A stretch of 63,716 nt of DNA, filler included, from Octopus bimaculoides (GCF_001194135.2; 5 parts of 5 records of this genome joined end to end with filler, not necessarily neighbours in it); one strand, 5' to 3'. Counted from the first letter of the whole stretch, positions 26,006 through 39,446 are shown. The notes: generated by a model from the letters alone, not told the origin. A program made the numbers and translations.

Positions 26006-27639
26006 TGAAACAAGTAAAAGAATATCCACAATAAAATCCAGTTTTGTATAGAAATGTATCTATAGATATGTGTGTATATATGTGTGTATGGTGGCATAGA
26101 AGTACCAAGGTTTATATATGGATGTGCAGTGATCAAGGAGAATACGTCTGACTAACTATACACAGAGGGTGGCACACGACAAATGCTACTGAAGCCCAGT
26201 GGCACACGCACGTTTCATCGCATCATCTTAAGGAGAATGTTTCCTCATCGATTTCTTCTCAGCCCCAAAAGCGGTCAGCTGACCTTAACAAGGTTCAAAC
26301 AGAATTATGAGTGTGAATAGAGATTGGCTTGACCAGGTATAATGACAGATTATTATGTCACATGACGAAGTAAGCATCATCACCATCATACATGTGTCCA
26401 TATATATATATATATATATACATATATATATACATATAAATACATATATATATATATATATATANNNNNNNNNNNNNNNNNNNNNNNNNNNNNNNNNNNN
26501 NNNNNNNNNNNNNNNNNNNNNNNNNNNNNNNNNNNNNNNNNNNNNNNNNNNNNNNNNNNNNNNNNNNNNNNNNNNNNNNNNNNNNNNNNNNNNNNNNNNN
26601 NNNNNNNNNNNNNNNNNNNNNNNNNNNNNNNNNNNNNNNNNNNNNNNNNNNNNNNNNNNNNNNNNNNNNNNNNNNNNNNNNNNNNNNNNNNNNNNNNNNN
26701 NNNNNNNNNNNNNNNNNNNNNNNNNNNNNNNNNNNNNNNNNNNNNNNNNNNNNNNNNNNNNNNNNNNNNNNNNNNNNNNNNNNNNNNNNNNNNNNNNNNN
26801 NNNNNNNNNNNNNNNNNNNNNNNNNNNNNNNNNNNNNNNNNNNNNNNNNNNNNNNNNNNNNNNNNNNNNNNNNNNNNNNNNNNNNNNNNNNNNNNNNNNN
26901 NNNNNNNNNNNNNNNNNNNNNNNNNNNNNNNNNNNNNNNNNNNNNNNNNNNNNNNNNNNNNNNNNNNNNNNNNNNNNNNNNNNNNNNNNNNNNNNNNNNN
27001 NNNNNNNNNNNNNNNNNNNNNNNNNNNNNNNNNNNNNNNNNNNNNNNNNNNNNNNNNNNNNNNNNNNNNNNNNNNNNNNNNNNNNNNNNNNNNNNNNNNN
27101 NNNNNNNNNNNNNNNNNNNNNNNNNNNNNNNNNNNNNNNNNNNNNNNNNNNNNNNNNNNNNNNNNNNNNNNNNNNNNNNNNNNNNNNNNNNNNNNNNNNN
27201 NNNNNNNNNNNNNNNNNNNNNNNNNNNNNNNNNNNNNNNNNNNNNNNNNNNNNNNNNNNNNNNNNNNNNNNNNNNNNNNNNNNNNNNNNNNNNNNNNNNN
27301 NNNNNNNNNNNNNNNNNNNNNNNNNNNNNNNNNNNNNNNTATACACATAATAAATGTATATGTATTTTTAGTAACAATCAATAAAAACAGCAGATTGAAC
27401 TTGCTGTTTGTAGTGGAAAATGTAATGTTTTGGATTAAGTCCTTCTTCACAGCAAAGGTTGGCAGGAGAGAAATTACTGAAAAATGGTTTTATGTCAGCA
27501 AAACAAATTTTTTTTTTTTAAATGGAGAATGTAAAAACTCTTCTGTTTCGAATGGTTTCTGTTACAGCCTTGAGTGTTGAATAATAGTTTAAGATTTTGG
27601 TAGGCACAGACTATGGAAGGCCCACCGTGCATGTATGTA

Positions 27640-27935
27640 TGTATGTCAGGTTCACTACTATGAGGTAGTGAGTTCAAATTCCTGGACTGAGCTGTGTGTT
27701 GTGTTCTTGAGCAAGACACTTTATTTCACATTGCTGCAGTTCACTCAGCTGTAGAAACGAGTTGTGATGTTGTCGGCCCCTTTGCCTTTTCCTTGGATAC
27801 CATCAGTGGCGTGGAGAAGGGGAGGCTGGTATGCATGGGGGACTGCTGGTCTTCCATAAAACAACCTTGTCCGAACTTGTGGCAAGGAGGGGAACTTTCT
27901 GCTTGCAACTCCATAGTCATTCGTGACTGATGGGT
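27640..27935 (+). mobile_element. tRNA-headed SINE (family D-like)
   Basis: GAGTTCAAATTCCTGGAC...GTTGTGTTCTTGAGCAAGACACTTTATTTCACATTGCTGCAGTTCACTCAGCTG. Confidence 0.7.
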
Positions 27936-27977
27936 GTCCCCTCGATGTGTGTATAATACTATGTATGTACGTACATA

Positions 27978-28132
27978 CCTGTGTGTTAAGAAGCTTACTT
28001 GCCAACCAAATGGCTCCAGGTTCAGTCCTACTACATGGCACCTTGAGCAAGTGTCTTCAGTTCTAACCTCCAGCCAACCAAAGACTTGTGAGAGTGGATT
28101 TGGTAGATGGAAACTCTAAGAAGCCTGTTGTA

Positions 28133-28135
<3 letters not shown>
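27978..28135 (+). mobile_element. SINE family A, 5' half
   Basis: CTGTGTGTTAAGAAGCTTACTTGCC...TGAGTGGATTTGGTAGATGGAAAC. Confidence 0.8.
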
Positions 28136-28173
<38 letters not shown>

Positions 28174-28358
28174 CCACCTACACTTTTTTCTGCAAAATAG
28201 GGGTAGTTTATTCTTTTCAGGCTATATTATTAGCATTGTCCTGTGTTTGAGAATATATATATATATATATATATATATACAAACATACACATATCTACAT
28301 ACATATGCATACACTCGCATATATATAACCCTATACATATACAGATACACATGTATTT

Positions 28359-28404
<46 letters not shown>

Positions 28405-28674
28405 ACATAAATATCCCCTCCATCACCCCACCACCTCCCAATTCCATCCCCAATCAAGTATCTTGATCTGACCGTTCGTTATTTCCTTTCAGCCCTTTTT
28501 CATCAACATCCTTTCACTCCCATACTGATTAACAAACCCCAAACCCCACCCAAACCCCATATATAGAATCACAAAGCTCTAAGTTCTCCAGAAAATTTAA
28601 CAACAAATTTTTTTTTTAATTTCTCCACTCAAGTTAACAAAGAACTTAGTAGATCTACAAACTAAATTTATTTC

Positions 28675-28860
28675 TTTTACTTGTTTTAGTCATTTGACTG
28701 TGGCCATGCTGGAGCACTGCCTTTAGTCAAGCAAATCGACCCCAGGACTTATTCTTTGTAAGCCTAGTACTTATACTATCGGTCTCTTTCTGCCGAACCG
28801 CTAAGTTACCGGGATGTAAACACACCAACATTGGTTGTCAAGCGATGGTGGGGGGACAGG
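28675..28860 (-). mobile_element. SINE family A, 3' half
   Basis: CAGTCATTTGACTGTGGCCATGCTGGAGCAC...GGTTGTCAAGCGATGGTGGGGG. Confidence 0.85.
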
Positions 28861-28980
28861 CTTTTCTTCTATAATATTTTCAATATTTTCTTCTATAATT
28901 AATATTATTTTCACTTGTTGCTGTTGTTGTTGTTGCTGTTGTTTGTGCCATTTTGAAATTTTTTGTTTTTCCCCCCATAG

Positions 28981-29088
28981 GATTCTTCTGAGTCCGACTC
29001 TGTCAAGACTCTGAGTACAATCGATGTGTTTGAAGATTATGTGGATAGAGTATTAGATATGGACATTAACTCCGTATGTAGCTCACAG
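28981..29088 (+). CDS. Candidate isolated exon (108 nt, phase 0/0), product unknown
   Basis: Pyrimidine-rich acceptor TTTTTGTTTTTCCCCCCATAG|, donor CAG|GTTTGT; only one frame is open: DSSESDSVKTLSTIDVFEDYVDRVLDMDINSVCSSQ. Confidence 0.4.
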
Positions 29089-29209
29089 GTTTGTAAATAC
29101 CACCCCCACACAACACTCTGCCCCTCAAGCATAATATCAATAATAACTCTCATCTTATGTTGTTGTTTTTAACATCTTCTCATCCGATGGCTTCAACTCT
29201 GTCTATCTA

Positions 29210-29249
<40 letters not shown>

Positions 29250-29394
29250 ACTGATTCTTTCCAAAACATTGTCATCACCACCCAACTGTCTCCCACACTT
29301 ATATCTCACTTCTCACAAATCACCTTCCTGCCCTCCTTCCCATGTTACTTATATCATCGTCATCGTCAAGATCCCTTATCTGATGCAGTTGTGA

Positions 29395-30330
29395 TGCTAC
29401 CCCAGATGCTTTCATAGTCAGTTGTTGCCACTGGTCTCAGTTCTCTGTCATGCATAGCAGGTTCACTGAGCTGCGACCTGTCCAGTCCTTGATGTTGTTG
29501 AGCCAGAATTTTCTCTGTTGGCCCCTCTTTTACCCTCCATCAACCGCTGTGCCCTGAAGAATGCATTTGAACAAGGACTTGTGACAGAGTGGTTCCTGTC
29601 TACCAGGGTATTTGTTGACTTGGTGCCACCTGAAAAAAGCCGTTTGCTTTGTGCCCTGTGTATGAGATGTGCAGCAGCCTTGTACTCAAATCGCTGGATT
29701 CTTTGCTGCAGGTCAACTGTAAGAGTCCAGTTCTCACACCCATACAGAAAGATCAAAGTCGCCGGGGACTAGTACACAATGAATCTTGTTGGAAAACTAA
29801 TAGAATTACTTTCCCATATGGTCATGGTAGGAGAGGCCAGGCTAAGTCTTGTTATCTCTTTTTGAGATCTGCCATCAAGTGGATTCTAAGTTCTCGAAGG
29901 TGTTCACTGCATTAAGTCTCTATCTGTTTAGCCTGATGCCAGTTGCTGTATTTCGGTTGTTATTCTTAACCAGGACCAGGCTATTTTTGAGCTGATCTCC
30001 ATTCTGGAAGCTCTTCATACTTTTTCCAATTTGGTGCTGAGCTTCTGTAGTTTTGCTTCATTGCTTCCTAAAAGGTCAATATCATCAACAGGAGCACAGA
30101 CTGGAAATGGATTGACCTCCAACGGTCACTCTCCACATGACTTATATTTTAATATGCTTCTTATTGCAATTGCTGACCAACAGAAATACTGTCTGTACAG
30201 TCCTAGCAACCCACACATTACTTCACTCCATTTGTAATGCCCTGAGTGACAATCCAATCTCTCCCTCAACAAACTCCCTACTGTCTTTAAAATAGTCATA
30301 GAATATTATATGGAGCATAATATGAACATA
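29395..30330 (-). mobile_element. Degenerate RTE LINE, RT domain to 3' end
   Basis: VDDIDLLGSNEAKLQKL (FADD region), IFLYGCENWTLTVDLQQRIQRFEYK, LMEGKRG...; many stops and frameshifts. Confidence 0.85.
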
Positions 30331-30636
30331 AGGGTTCTCCTGCAGGGGCTGAAATATTACACATCACTATCACCACTTCTGTTCCTTCATATGATTTTCC
30401 ATGTATTCATGTATTGGGTACTTCCACTTCAACACAACAACACTTCTCTATAAGTCATGGTCTTTTGTCATTAGTCTTTGTAGATCTCAATCTCTTCTAT
30501 CGACATTTACCAATTTACCTCTTTTTTCTTTACTTTTGCCCCTCTGCTACACCTGGTTCCTTCCATTTGGAACACTTCTCCCTTCTCTAGACATCTGACA
30601 TCCTCCTTTTCTCTAAATATATACATATATATATAA

Positions 30637-30695
<59 letters not shown>

Positions 30696-30715
30696 CATAC
30701 ATACACACACATATA

Positions 30716-31838
30716 TGAGGGGTTACCCAAAAGAAATCGGAAATGTTATTTGTAGGACAAACCTGTCTTAGTACAGACTTCTACTGCTAGAAGCCACTTG
30801 ATGCGACCCTCAGGCATCAGTCAGTAGTGTCGACTGATGTCATACTGTCATGTGGTGCATCATTGTTTTGCAGTACTTCTTCCCTGTCCTGTTCATCGAT
30901 TTTTGCATTGGATGAAAGGAAGGAACAATGTACTTCCATGAAATTCTGTTTGCTGCTTGGGAAAACACCAAAATAACAGTTGCCATGCTTCAAACATTTT
31001 ACAAAGATGCTGCCATGAGCAAAACACAAGTTTATGAGTGGTTTTCATGCTTTAGGAATGGTCCTTTGTCGCTTGAAGATAAATCTCATTGAGAGCAACC
31101 AAATGAATAAAAACATCAGGAAAATTCCTGAACTGAACTTGAAGGACCATCACTGTACAATTAACGAAATTGTTGATATGATTCGAGTGTCTTGGAGCTT
31201 CTGCCAACGAATTTTGAGTGAGGAATTGCAAATGCCAAGAGTTGCAGCAAAATTTGTGCCTCACTTGCTCAAGCAAGATGAAAAACAGTCATGACTGAAT
31301 GCATGTCTTGAACTGAAAGAACAGCTGGAAGTTGATTTGAACCTTTTCCTGAAGGTCATTAATGGTTACGAAAGCTGGCACAACAGCTATGACCTGGAAA
31401 CGAAGCTACAATCAAGTCACTGGAAGCATTCAATGTTACCATGCCCCCCCACCCAAAAAGCACGTTAAGTGAAGTCCAATGTTAAGACGATGCTGGTGTG
31501 TTTCGTCAATACAAAACGAATTGTCCGCCCAGAATTTGTTCCTCCTGGTCAGACTGTTAACCAGACATTTTACTTGACAGTTCTGAAGTGTTTGCGAGAC
31601 GTGGTGAGACAAAAATGCCATAAATTTTGGCAAAATGGAGAGCGGTGGTTTCATGCCAACAATGCACCAGCACACAATGCCTTGAGTGTGAGACAGTTTT
31701 TGAAAACAAATCTGAAACCGATGCCTTGCTTCAAATGGAGAATACTTTGAAGCTAATAAACATGTAATCATTTTAAAACCAAGTGAATAAAATAATATTG
31801 CAAAATTCCACTTTCTTTTGGGTATCCCCCCACCCTCA
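30716..31838 (+). mobile_element. mariner transposon, internally deleted and non-autonomous (1123 bp)
   Basis: TA|TGAGGGGTTACCCAAAAGAAA ... TTTCTTTTGGGTATCCCCCCACCCTCA|TA TIRs. Transposase remnants SKTQVYEWF, KSNVKTMLVCFVNTKRIVRPEFVPPGQTVNQTFY...WFHANNAPAHNALSVRQFL; the YSPDL/third-Asp region is missing. Confidence 0.92.
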
Positions 31839-31889
31839 TATATATAGATATATATGTGTGTGTGTATGTATGTATATAACATGTCCATA

Positions 31890-32802
31890 CTTGCAGAATC
31901 ATCTCTCATGCACTCGGCACCTGATTCCTCTTTTATCTCGGTTCACAGGGTTTCCAGTTTTCATGCACACTAACATTCCAGATCTGGTGGAATCATTGCT
32001 TCGATCATTGCTTTCCAACTTTTTCTAATCTTCTGCATTCAACAGCAATGCTATGCTACCATGTAGCAATGCTATGCTACCATGTAGCATTGCATTGCTG
32101 TATGCATGCAAACCTACACCTTACCCCTCACTCTGGGAGAGAAACCCTTTGGTTGCCAAGTGAGTTAACAGCTCCTTGAATTTCTCCATCTTCTTCTTAC
32201 TTTGGTCACCACAGCTTTGAAGACACCCACTTCTGCTGTTAATCAAATTACCCAGGTAATAAAATCTGTCAACTTCTTCTAGGAATCCTTCCAAACATTT
32301 CACAAATTATGTCAGATGCTTCCTCTTGCTACTGCTGTTTCTATTCATGCATCTACCAAAATACGGAACCAATAATCCATGCTTGTCCCTCCATTACACT
32401 CTTGTGTGTTCATTGTTGAAAATGGGTACCTTATGGTATTTCTACTTAATCCTTTACTGCTTATCAAACATGGTACTTGGGTCCTATCTTCTTCCTTCTT
32501 AACAAAAAATTTCATTCTTTGCTAGATTCTCTGTGAGGTCTCTTCATTCTAGTTCTGTTTCTTTGTTTGGAATTTCTTCACTAAACCTTTAAATGTTTCA
32601 GCGATGAGACCGTGGTCCTTAGTATAAAGAATTTCTCACAAATTTCTGCAGTTGGATCTCAGTCATCAATATAAAAGAGATCCCACAGATGACTAACCTT
32701 AAACACTGATGGTTTGTCTTCAAGGATTATAATAAACAAAACATGGCACGGAACTAAATGCTGCATATAAAATTCTGGTTGAACTCATAAGTTAACTCGC
32801 CA
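31890..32802 (-). mobile_element. Degenerate RTE LINE RT fragment, a different copy from 29395-30330
   Basis: LFIIILED...LWDLFYIDD (YADD region), PCLISSKGLSRNTIR (Cys-rich insert), LEEVDRFYYLG...EKFKELLTHLATKG, AMLHGS; 21-bp tandem duplication near 32043-32084. Confidence 0.8.
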
Positions 32803-33466
32803 CTGAGTATCTGATCAAATCCCTACTTAGTGGAAATAGAGGATGGTAATTTCTTTCACTATGACATTTACTGTAGGCATTTGTTTTCTTTCTCTATCTA
32901 AAAAACTTCAATTTTGTTAAGAATTTTGTAAATCATTCAGTACCTTATCTTTAACATCTATGTCAAAATCGATTCATGACTTGCAAAGATCTCAAAAGTA
33001 ATTTGTCTATCCCTAGTTTTTCTTTGCAACCTGTTGCATGCATTCTTCATATTTGTGACTTACTCTTCAGGGTAAGAGTAAAACCACTTGGAGAAGGAAG
33101 AACATGTTGATGATATTCTGACCTGATGATGCTCAGAAAGACATTTCATCCAGATGACTTCTCTACCTCATCAATTGCACTATAATGCCTCTGTAGTATT
33201 TTTTATTTCCATTAATTTTAATGGCACTTTAAGAAAACTAGAACGAAAGTAACATAAAATGAGGTAAGGGAGGTAACTGGAATGACACAATGCTGTCGAT
33301 TTTGACATAGATGTTAAAGATGAGGTACTGAATGATTTACAAAATTCTTAACAAAATTGAAGTTTTTTTAGATGGAGAAAGAAAACAAATACCTACAGTA
33401 AATGTCACAGTGAAATAAATTACCATCCTCTATCTCCACTAAGTAGGGATTTGATCAGATACTCAG
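32803..33466. mobile_element. Foldback/MITE-like element with ~170-bp terminal inverted repeats
   Basis: 32803-32972 is the reverse complement of 33296-33466 (I count 6 substitutions and 1 indel); 323-bp non-coding interior. Confidence 0.85.
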
Positions 33467-33763
33467 GATGTATTTACATTCATGAATGCATTTTGAAAAA
33501 CTTCCGGTTGAAGAATACTCTTCAGGATAATCTGTCCCTTGGTTAAGTGAAGCCTGTACATCCAATTCCTGTTCAAATATGGCTTGCTTTGGTCGATCAA
33601 TATTCTGTGTAACATACCATAAAATGCAGTGTATTCATAGAATGACTGACTACCATTGTAATGTTTTGACATCCTCAAAGAGCATTTGTGGTTCTTCAGT
33701 TCAGTCACATACCTGTGTGTATATATGAATGTGTGTGTTTGTATGTATGTATGTGTGTCTATC

Positions 33764-33819
<56 letters not shown>

Positions 33820-33969
33820 GTTATGATAAAAAACACAATCCTTGTTAAATGCAGCTACTCAGGGTTTCAATATTCGAAACATCAATTTGTTTTGCCATCT
33901 TTCAAGCCGAGAACAAGACCATTTGTCTGTTGCTTTTTTAAGCTGATGACACTTAATTAAGGGGCATTG

Positions 33970-34069
33970 NNNNNNNNNNNNNNNNNNNNNNNNNNNNNNN
34001 NNNNNNNNNNNNNTTAATTAATTAANNNNNNNNNNNNNNNNNNNNNNNNNNNNNNNNNNNNNNNNNNNN
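33970..34069. other. Artificial scaffold join with six-frame stop linker
   Basis: 44 N + TTAATTAATTAA (34014-34025) + 44 N. Confidence 0.95.
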
Positions 34070-34767
34070 ACAGGTATTTCGGGTTCTTTATCGCAAATAG
34101 CTGTTACGTGGCAGCATGGCGTACTAGAAATAGCAGCCAAATCTTTGTAAGTGAGATACGTTGAATGCACTCGAAAGAATCTATGGAAAAAAAGGATTTC
34201 ACGCAGGTTACGAACGGGTCCTTTTCAAAATATTTATTTTATTTTTAAAGTAAACTTCACTTTAGAATATTTTTCAAATATGCCAAAAATCATTTTTGTA
34301 ATGGTATTCACTTGAAAATATCTTTTAAAAAGCATTAAAATATTGTCTGTTTAAAGAAAGCTAAAATATAAATACTTGCTGTACACACAACTTACATTTT
34401 TGAAATCATATTCACTTAAGAATACTTCTAAATTATTCAAATATTGTGTTTAAGTAAGACGAAAATAGAAACATTTAATGTAAAGAAAATCGTATTTTTT
34501 CGTTGGCAACTCACTGTCTAGTACAAAGATACGAGTTTCTTCCATTCAGGATGAAGATTTTCGGAACATTTTCCCATTATGCACCGTGCTGGGCACCCCA
34601 AACAACTTCTTGTGTCTCGAAAACCACTTCACATATTTACGGGAAACTTGTTTCATTCCGTTCGTGTTAACATATGAGGGTGTTCTAGATTCATAGTATT
34701 TTCCCATTCTGCGCCAGTTTGGCCGGGTAACATTGCAAGCAAGCAAGATTCAATCTGACTTTTAATA

Positions 34768-34803
<36 letters not shown>

Positions 34804-35384
34804 GTTTACTTCTATATAGTAATGTGTGTATGTGTGTGCATGTACATATGTACATGCCCAAATCAGTGTGTGCATAATAGCACTATGCAATTGAAGTCAC
34901 GATCGGGGATCTTAAACTTACGTCAATTTACGATATCGTCTCTCTATCCAGCGCTGCCAAGCAACATTGCTTGTTACCTATGCAACCTGTACCAGGCAGA
35001 TGCCGTTGCATACCACAACATTATTTTATGACTTTTATTGTTACAAGCCCAAGCGATATTTAAGATGAAATACACTCCCTCTTCGTCTCTAATTCTTAGC
35101 TCAGTTATTGTTTGCAATACGTGCCATGCCAGGTTGATTAGATATAGTTGAGCTTGCTACGAACGACGACACGCTACAGCTACGGAAAGAACTGTAAACG
35201 CAGCACATCATATATTTCCAATAGTCCTTCACATTCATCCTTTTTAATGGTGTAGAATCATTGTATCCATTAATAAAAGAAGCTCATGAGTTAGATCAGG
35301 TTTGGCACGTCAGACGATATTTTAATGAAAGCTACTTTTCTTTCTTATTACCATATGGAATTTTAACATGTGTCTATGGATAGA

Positions 35385-35600
35385 TATTGATTTTAAATTT
35401 TGGCACAAGGCCAGATAGTTCAAGGAAGTGTGTGAGACAAGTTCATCGACCCCAGTGTTCAACTGATACTTGTTTTATCGAACCTGAAAAGATGAAAAGC
35501 AAACTTGAACCCGGAAGAACTTGAACTCAGAACATAAAGACAGAGGAAAAGCCGCTAAACACTGGTCCCGCTATGCTAACGATTCTGCCAGCTCGCTGAC
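35385..35600 (-). mobile_element. SINE family B, degenerate
   Basis: TTTTAAATTTTGGCACAAGGCC...TTGAACTCAGAAC...GATTCTGCCAGCTCGC. Confidence 0.8.
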
Positions 35601-35751
35601 GTTTTGTTTTATGGCTTTCAGTCATTAAACTGCGGCCATATCAACATACTTACATATATATATNNNNNNNNNNNNNNNNNNNNNNNNNNNNNNNNNNNNN
35701 NNNNNNNNNNNNNNNNNNNNNNNNNNNNNNNNNNNNNNNNNNNNNTATATA

Positions 35752-35787
<36 letters not shown>

Positions 35788-35822
35788 TGTATGTATGTAT
35801 GTATGTATGTATGTATGTATGT

Positions 35823-35864
<42 letters not shown>

Positions 35865-36774
35865 AGGTAAGTATATAGATTTAAACAGATGTCTTTGTGT
35901 GTTCCTTTATGTAGTGTGTGTGTGTGTGTGAATGTGTGTCTGAGTCTAACTTACTTTGTGGGCATCCACCATTTTATTGTCTCGGTATATTTTTGACTAG
36001 ATAACTATTTGTACCGTTATATCTGCACACATATACATGTATCCACATGTGTGAAAATGTATTTATGGCAATGTGATTATAACTTAGGAGTGCATGTGTG
36101 TGCTTGCCTGTGAGTGAATATAACTATGCATATTTGCAGGTCTGTCTATCTGTTATATTTACAGGCCACCATTTTACCTATTGTGTAATTGAGAAAGTAG
36201 CACGCCAATAATTTCAAGTTGATTTACTTGATTTTCTTGACTAAATTCAAAATATCAACCAATACATTAACATTATTCAGTGTAGGGGAATCAAGCAAAG
36301 TGTTAGCTGATACGTACCAGCTGACGCTTGGTCTGTGTTCCAATTACATGCGAAGTAAATTACTTTGGAGCCAAGTTTGAATAGAATCACTCTCAATTCA
36401 CTGAATTTATTGAATACGTTTCATATCATTGATTTGGCCCTGCTGTTAAAATACCCACAATACACTTTCACCTAAGAAACACTAGGAATATTTTGAATTG
36501 AACCTGTGTTATATTTATGGTGAATTAGTTGAAATATTCTTAGAATTAAGCAAGTGGGGAATAACTGAAGATATCTAATAACATATGCACGAATACATAG
36601 AAATTTGCTTTAAAATTACATATTTGAGGCTTTGATAATATTATATTAGTATAATAATGTTATATCTTACTATATCATCTATTTTGTTTCTGTACTTAAC
36701 TCTTTGATATATTTATTGTCTTCTAAGTGGATGATTTCCTTATTTCTTACATTTCGGTGAGAAAGAAGTAGTAT

Positions 36775-37145
36775 TCGTTTACTCTTTTAATTCTTTCAGT
36801 CATTTCACTGTGGCCATGCTTGAGCACCACCTTAAATTTTTTTTAGAAATCGACCCCAGGACTTATTCTTCATAAGCCTAGTACTTATTCTATCAGTCTC
36901 TTTTTGTAGAACCAGTAAGCTGCGGGTGAAATAAACACACCAACATCGGTTGTCAAGCGATGGTGCGACACAAAGACACACACATTAATATATATACATA
37001 TATGTAAACGACGGGTTTCTTTCAGTTTCCATCTTCTAAATCCATTCACAAGCTTTTGGTATGTCCGAGGTTATAGCAGAAGACACTTGCTCCAGGTGCC
37101 ACCCAGCGGGTCCGAACCCGAACCATGTGATTGGGAAACAAGCTT
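36775..37145 (-). mobile_element. SINE family A
   Basis: TTCAGTCATTTCACTGTGGCCATGC...GAAGACACTTGCTCCAGGTGCCAC...GAACCATGTGATTGGG. Confidence 0.85.
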
Positions 37146-39352
37146 CTTTATTTCATTAAGATTGGCCATAAAGGCGTCATACAGAAAAAGGGAAGCTGCG
37201 GGCTGGACATAGACATAATGTTATGTGAATGAAAAAATGATGATTAATGAATAAATGGGGGGAACAAGGAGCGAAAACATTGTTCTCTTATATATGAGTC
37301 AACAAGTCTCTTACGATTTTCGTAATGTTCATTGATACAAAAAGGAGGCATTACGCCTCTTATTCTGTTTAAACAAAATGAGGTTTCAAACCTCTCCTCA
37401 ATTCATAACATTGAGGCTTTTCAACTTTTTATCCATATTCCTCCCCAGCATCTCTTGTGACCACATCTTCCGCCATCGCTTTTTTGGTTAAGGTTATAGT
37501 AATACTGCAATCTCACAGACACATCCTATCGGGAATTGTATGCTTCAATTAGGCGTTTATGTGTTCGTTGTTTTTTCATCTTTTTTTTCTGTTTTTAGTA
37601 GCCGATTCAGTACTAAGTATGAGATTCTAGAAATGCTGCACAGTTTAAGATATAAAGGCAACTAAGTTTCCTATGAGGTTTAGATGAAGATTTATTGTTA
37701 AAAAAATTAATAATAACCTCAAGAATATTATGCAGTCTCACTGGATATTGTGCATTGTATCCAAGGAGATCTAGTAGCTTATATGTACTGATGTTTTACA
37801 GAGTACTGTCACTGCGCGAGAGTCAATAAAAGAACCTATGTATGGTCATTCAACACAAGAATAATAGGCAGCAAACTTCACTCGAATATGAACCAGCTTA
37901 TAGTCTTAGAGAGGAACCACATGGCTTAGTGGTTAAGGTGTTGGGTTCTTAAATGTAAGATTGTGGTTTCGGTTCTTGGATCAAGTTATGCGTTGTGTTC
38001 TTTGGTAAAGCATTTCATTTCATGTTCTCCGTGCCACTCAGCTGATAAACTGTGTTATCATGTGACGGACCGGTGCCCTTTGCAGGTGGGGAATATATAC
38101 CCACGAAAACAGGGAAAGTGTATTGTGGTTATTTAACAGAAAGGCCAAATCAATGATATGAAACGTATTCAAGAAATTCAATGAATTGAGAGTGATTCTA
38201 TTCAAACATGGCGGAGAGAGTGTAATATGCAATTGCTAAAGAATACTTGGTAATCATAGCTGTTAAAAATTTGAGTGTAGCTGTGTTTGATCACCATTCA
38301 CAGTTTACTCCGATTAAACGATCGGAATAAAGGGGAGGGAACTGAATTGGTGGTGATGAACGTAAGCCCAAAACTGCAATATTTAGACAACGTTATCAGG
38401 TGTCACAACTATTGTTCTTACATCGTTTATTAATGAGTAAGTGGAAACAGTCTTCGCAAAAACAAAGTAGGAATGATGACAACACAGACGGATTAAAGAA
38501 ATCACCAATGGAATATGCGGTTGGTACAAGAAAAAAGGTTTCCAGATAACAACCGTAATGGGTCAGTAGACTAAACCTCTCAAAGTTTAATAAGATTTAC
38601 TCAATAATTTCAGACAAACTGGGTTTTGTGGGGACAAAGCAATGGGCATTTTGATATTTCTCCGCAAAAGAAGAACACAATTTTGTATTTTCCATTTGTC
38701 GTGTATGGATATAATAAAAAAAGGGAAGACATCGGCGTTATTTTCTATGAAGTGTACAATTAACTGTCGATTGAAGTGATGAAAATATAGCAGGCATAAA
38801 TCTCCATCACATTAGACTCTATCATTTGGAGAGGTTAATTGTACATGGGGTTATATGGTTTCGTATTTTTTTAAACGATGGTAGCGTTAAAGGAATTGCA
38901 GGTTGAGTCTGCAAGCCGCAGGTTTTATTGAGTTTGAATCAAGTCCGTAAAGAGTTTGCAACATTATTACCAGAAAGCCTGTTCATTATACTAAATGCCA
39001 ATTTACCGTCATAGGCTGTTATTTAATTTAATTATCGCACCCTTAATTTAAAAGGCTCTGTGAGATTTGAGCCCAGAACATAAGAAACTGCAATGAATTT
39101 GAGAAGGCATTCCCGCCAACGTTCAAAGGATTCTGCTAATTCACAGAGCGTATATGTGTTTTATGAATATTTGAACAACTTTGATCATAGTTCTACCTGA
39201 TCAGGGCTGATATGATATTAAATAGCTTTCAAATTAGGCTTCATACGGTAGCTCACTCATGTAACTTCAGAACAGTAGTCAACTCTCACATGTGTGAGAT
39301 TTCTTTCCTTTCATAATTAATAATACCACTGATAACTGTCATGTATTTTTAG

Positions 39353-39446
39353 ATACGGCAGATTTGAAGAAAAAAATGGATATTCATTACTGTAAGATAG
39401 GCTTACGCAATCAGGGCAGAATTGGGAAGTGAACACCTACAACATG
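39353..39446 (+). CDS. Candidate start-codon exon (5' UTR + ATG at 39444-39446) of the Cys-rich prepropeptide gene
   Basis: Acceptor ATGTATTTTTAG|; exon ends CAACATG|GTAATA. The phase-0 ATG joins in frame to 60495 to give MVKNTLPFLGFLLL. Confidence 0.55.

Noticed and set aside
29395-32802. One RTE element split by the mariner insertion
   Set aside because: Both flanking pieces contain the YADD-equivalent region, so they are separate copies.
33120-33185. CTGATGA...GAAA on the plus strand and TTGATGAG...GAAATGTC on the minus strand inside the foldback element
   Set aside because: Helices do not form in register on either strand.
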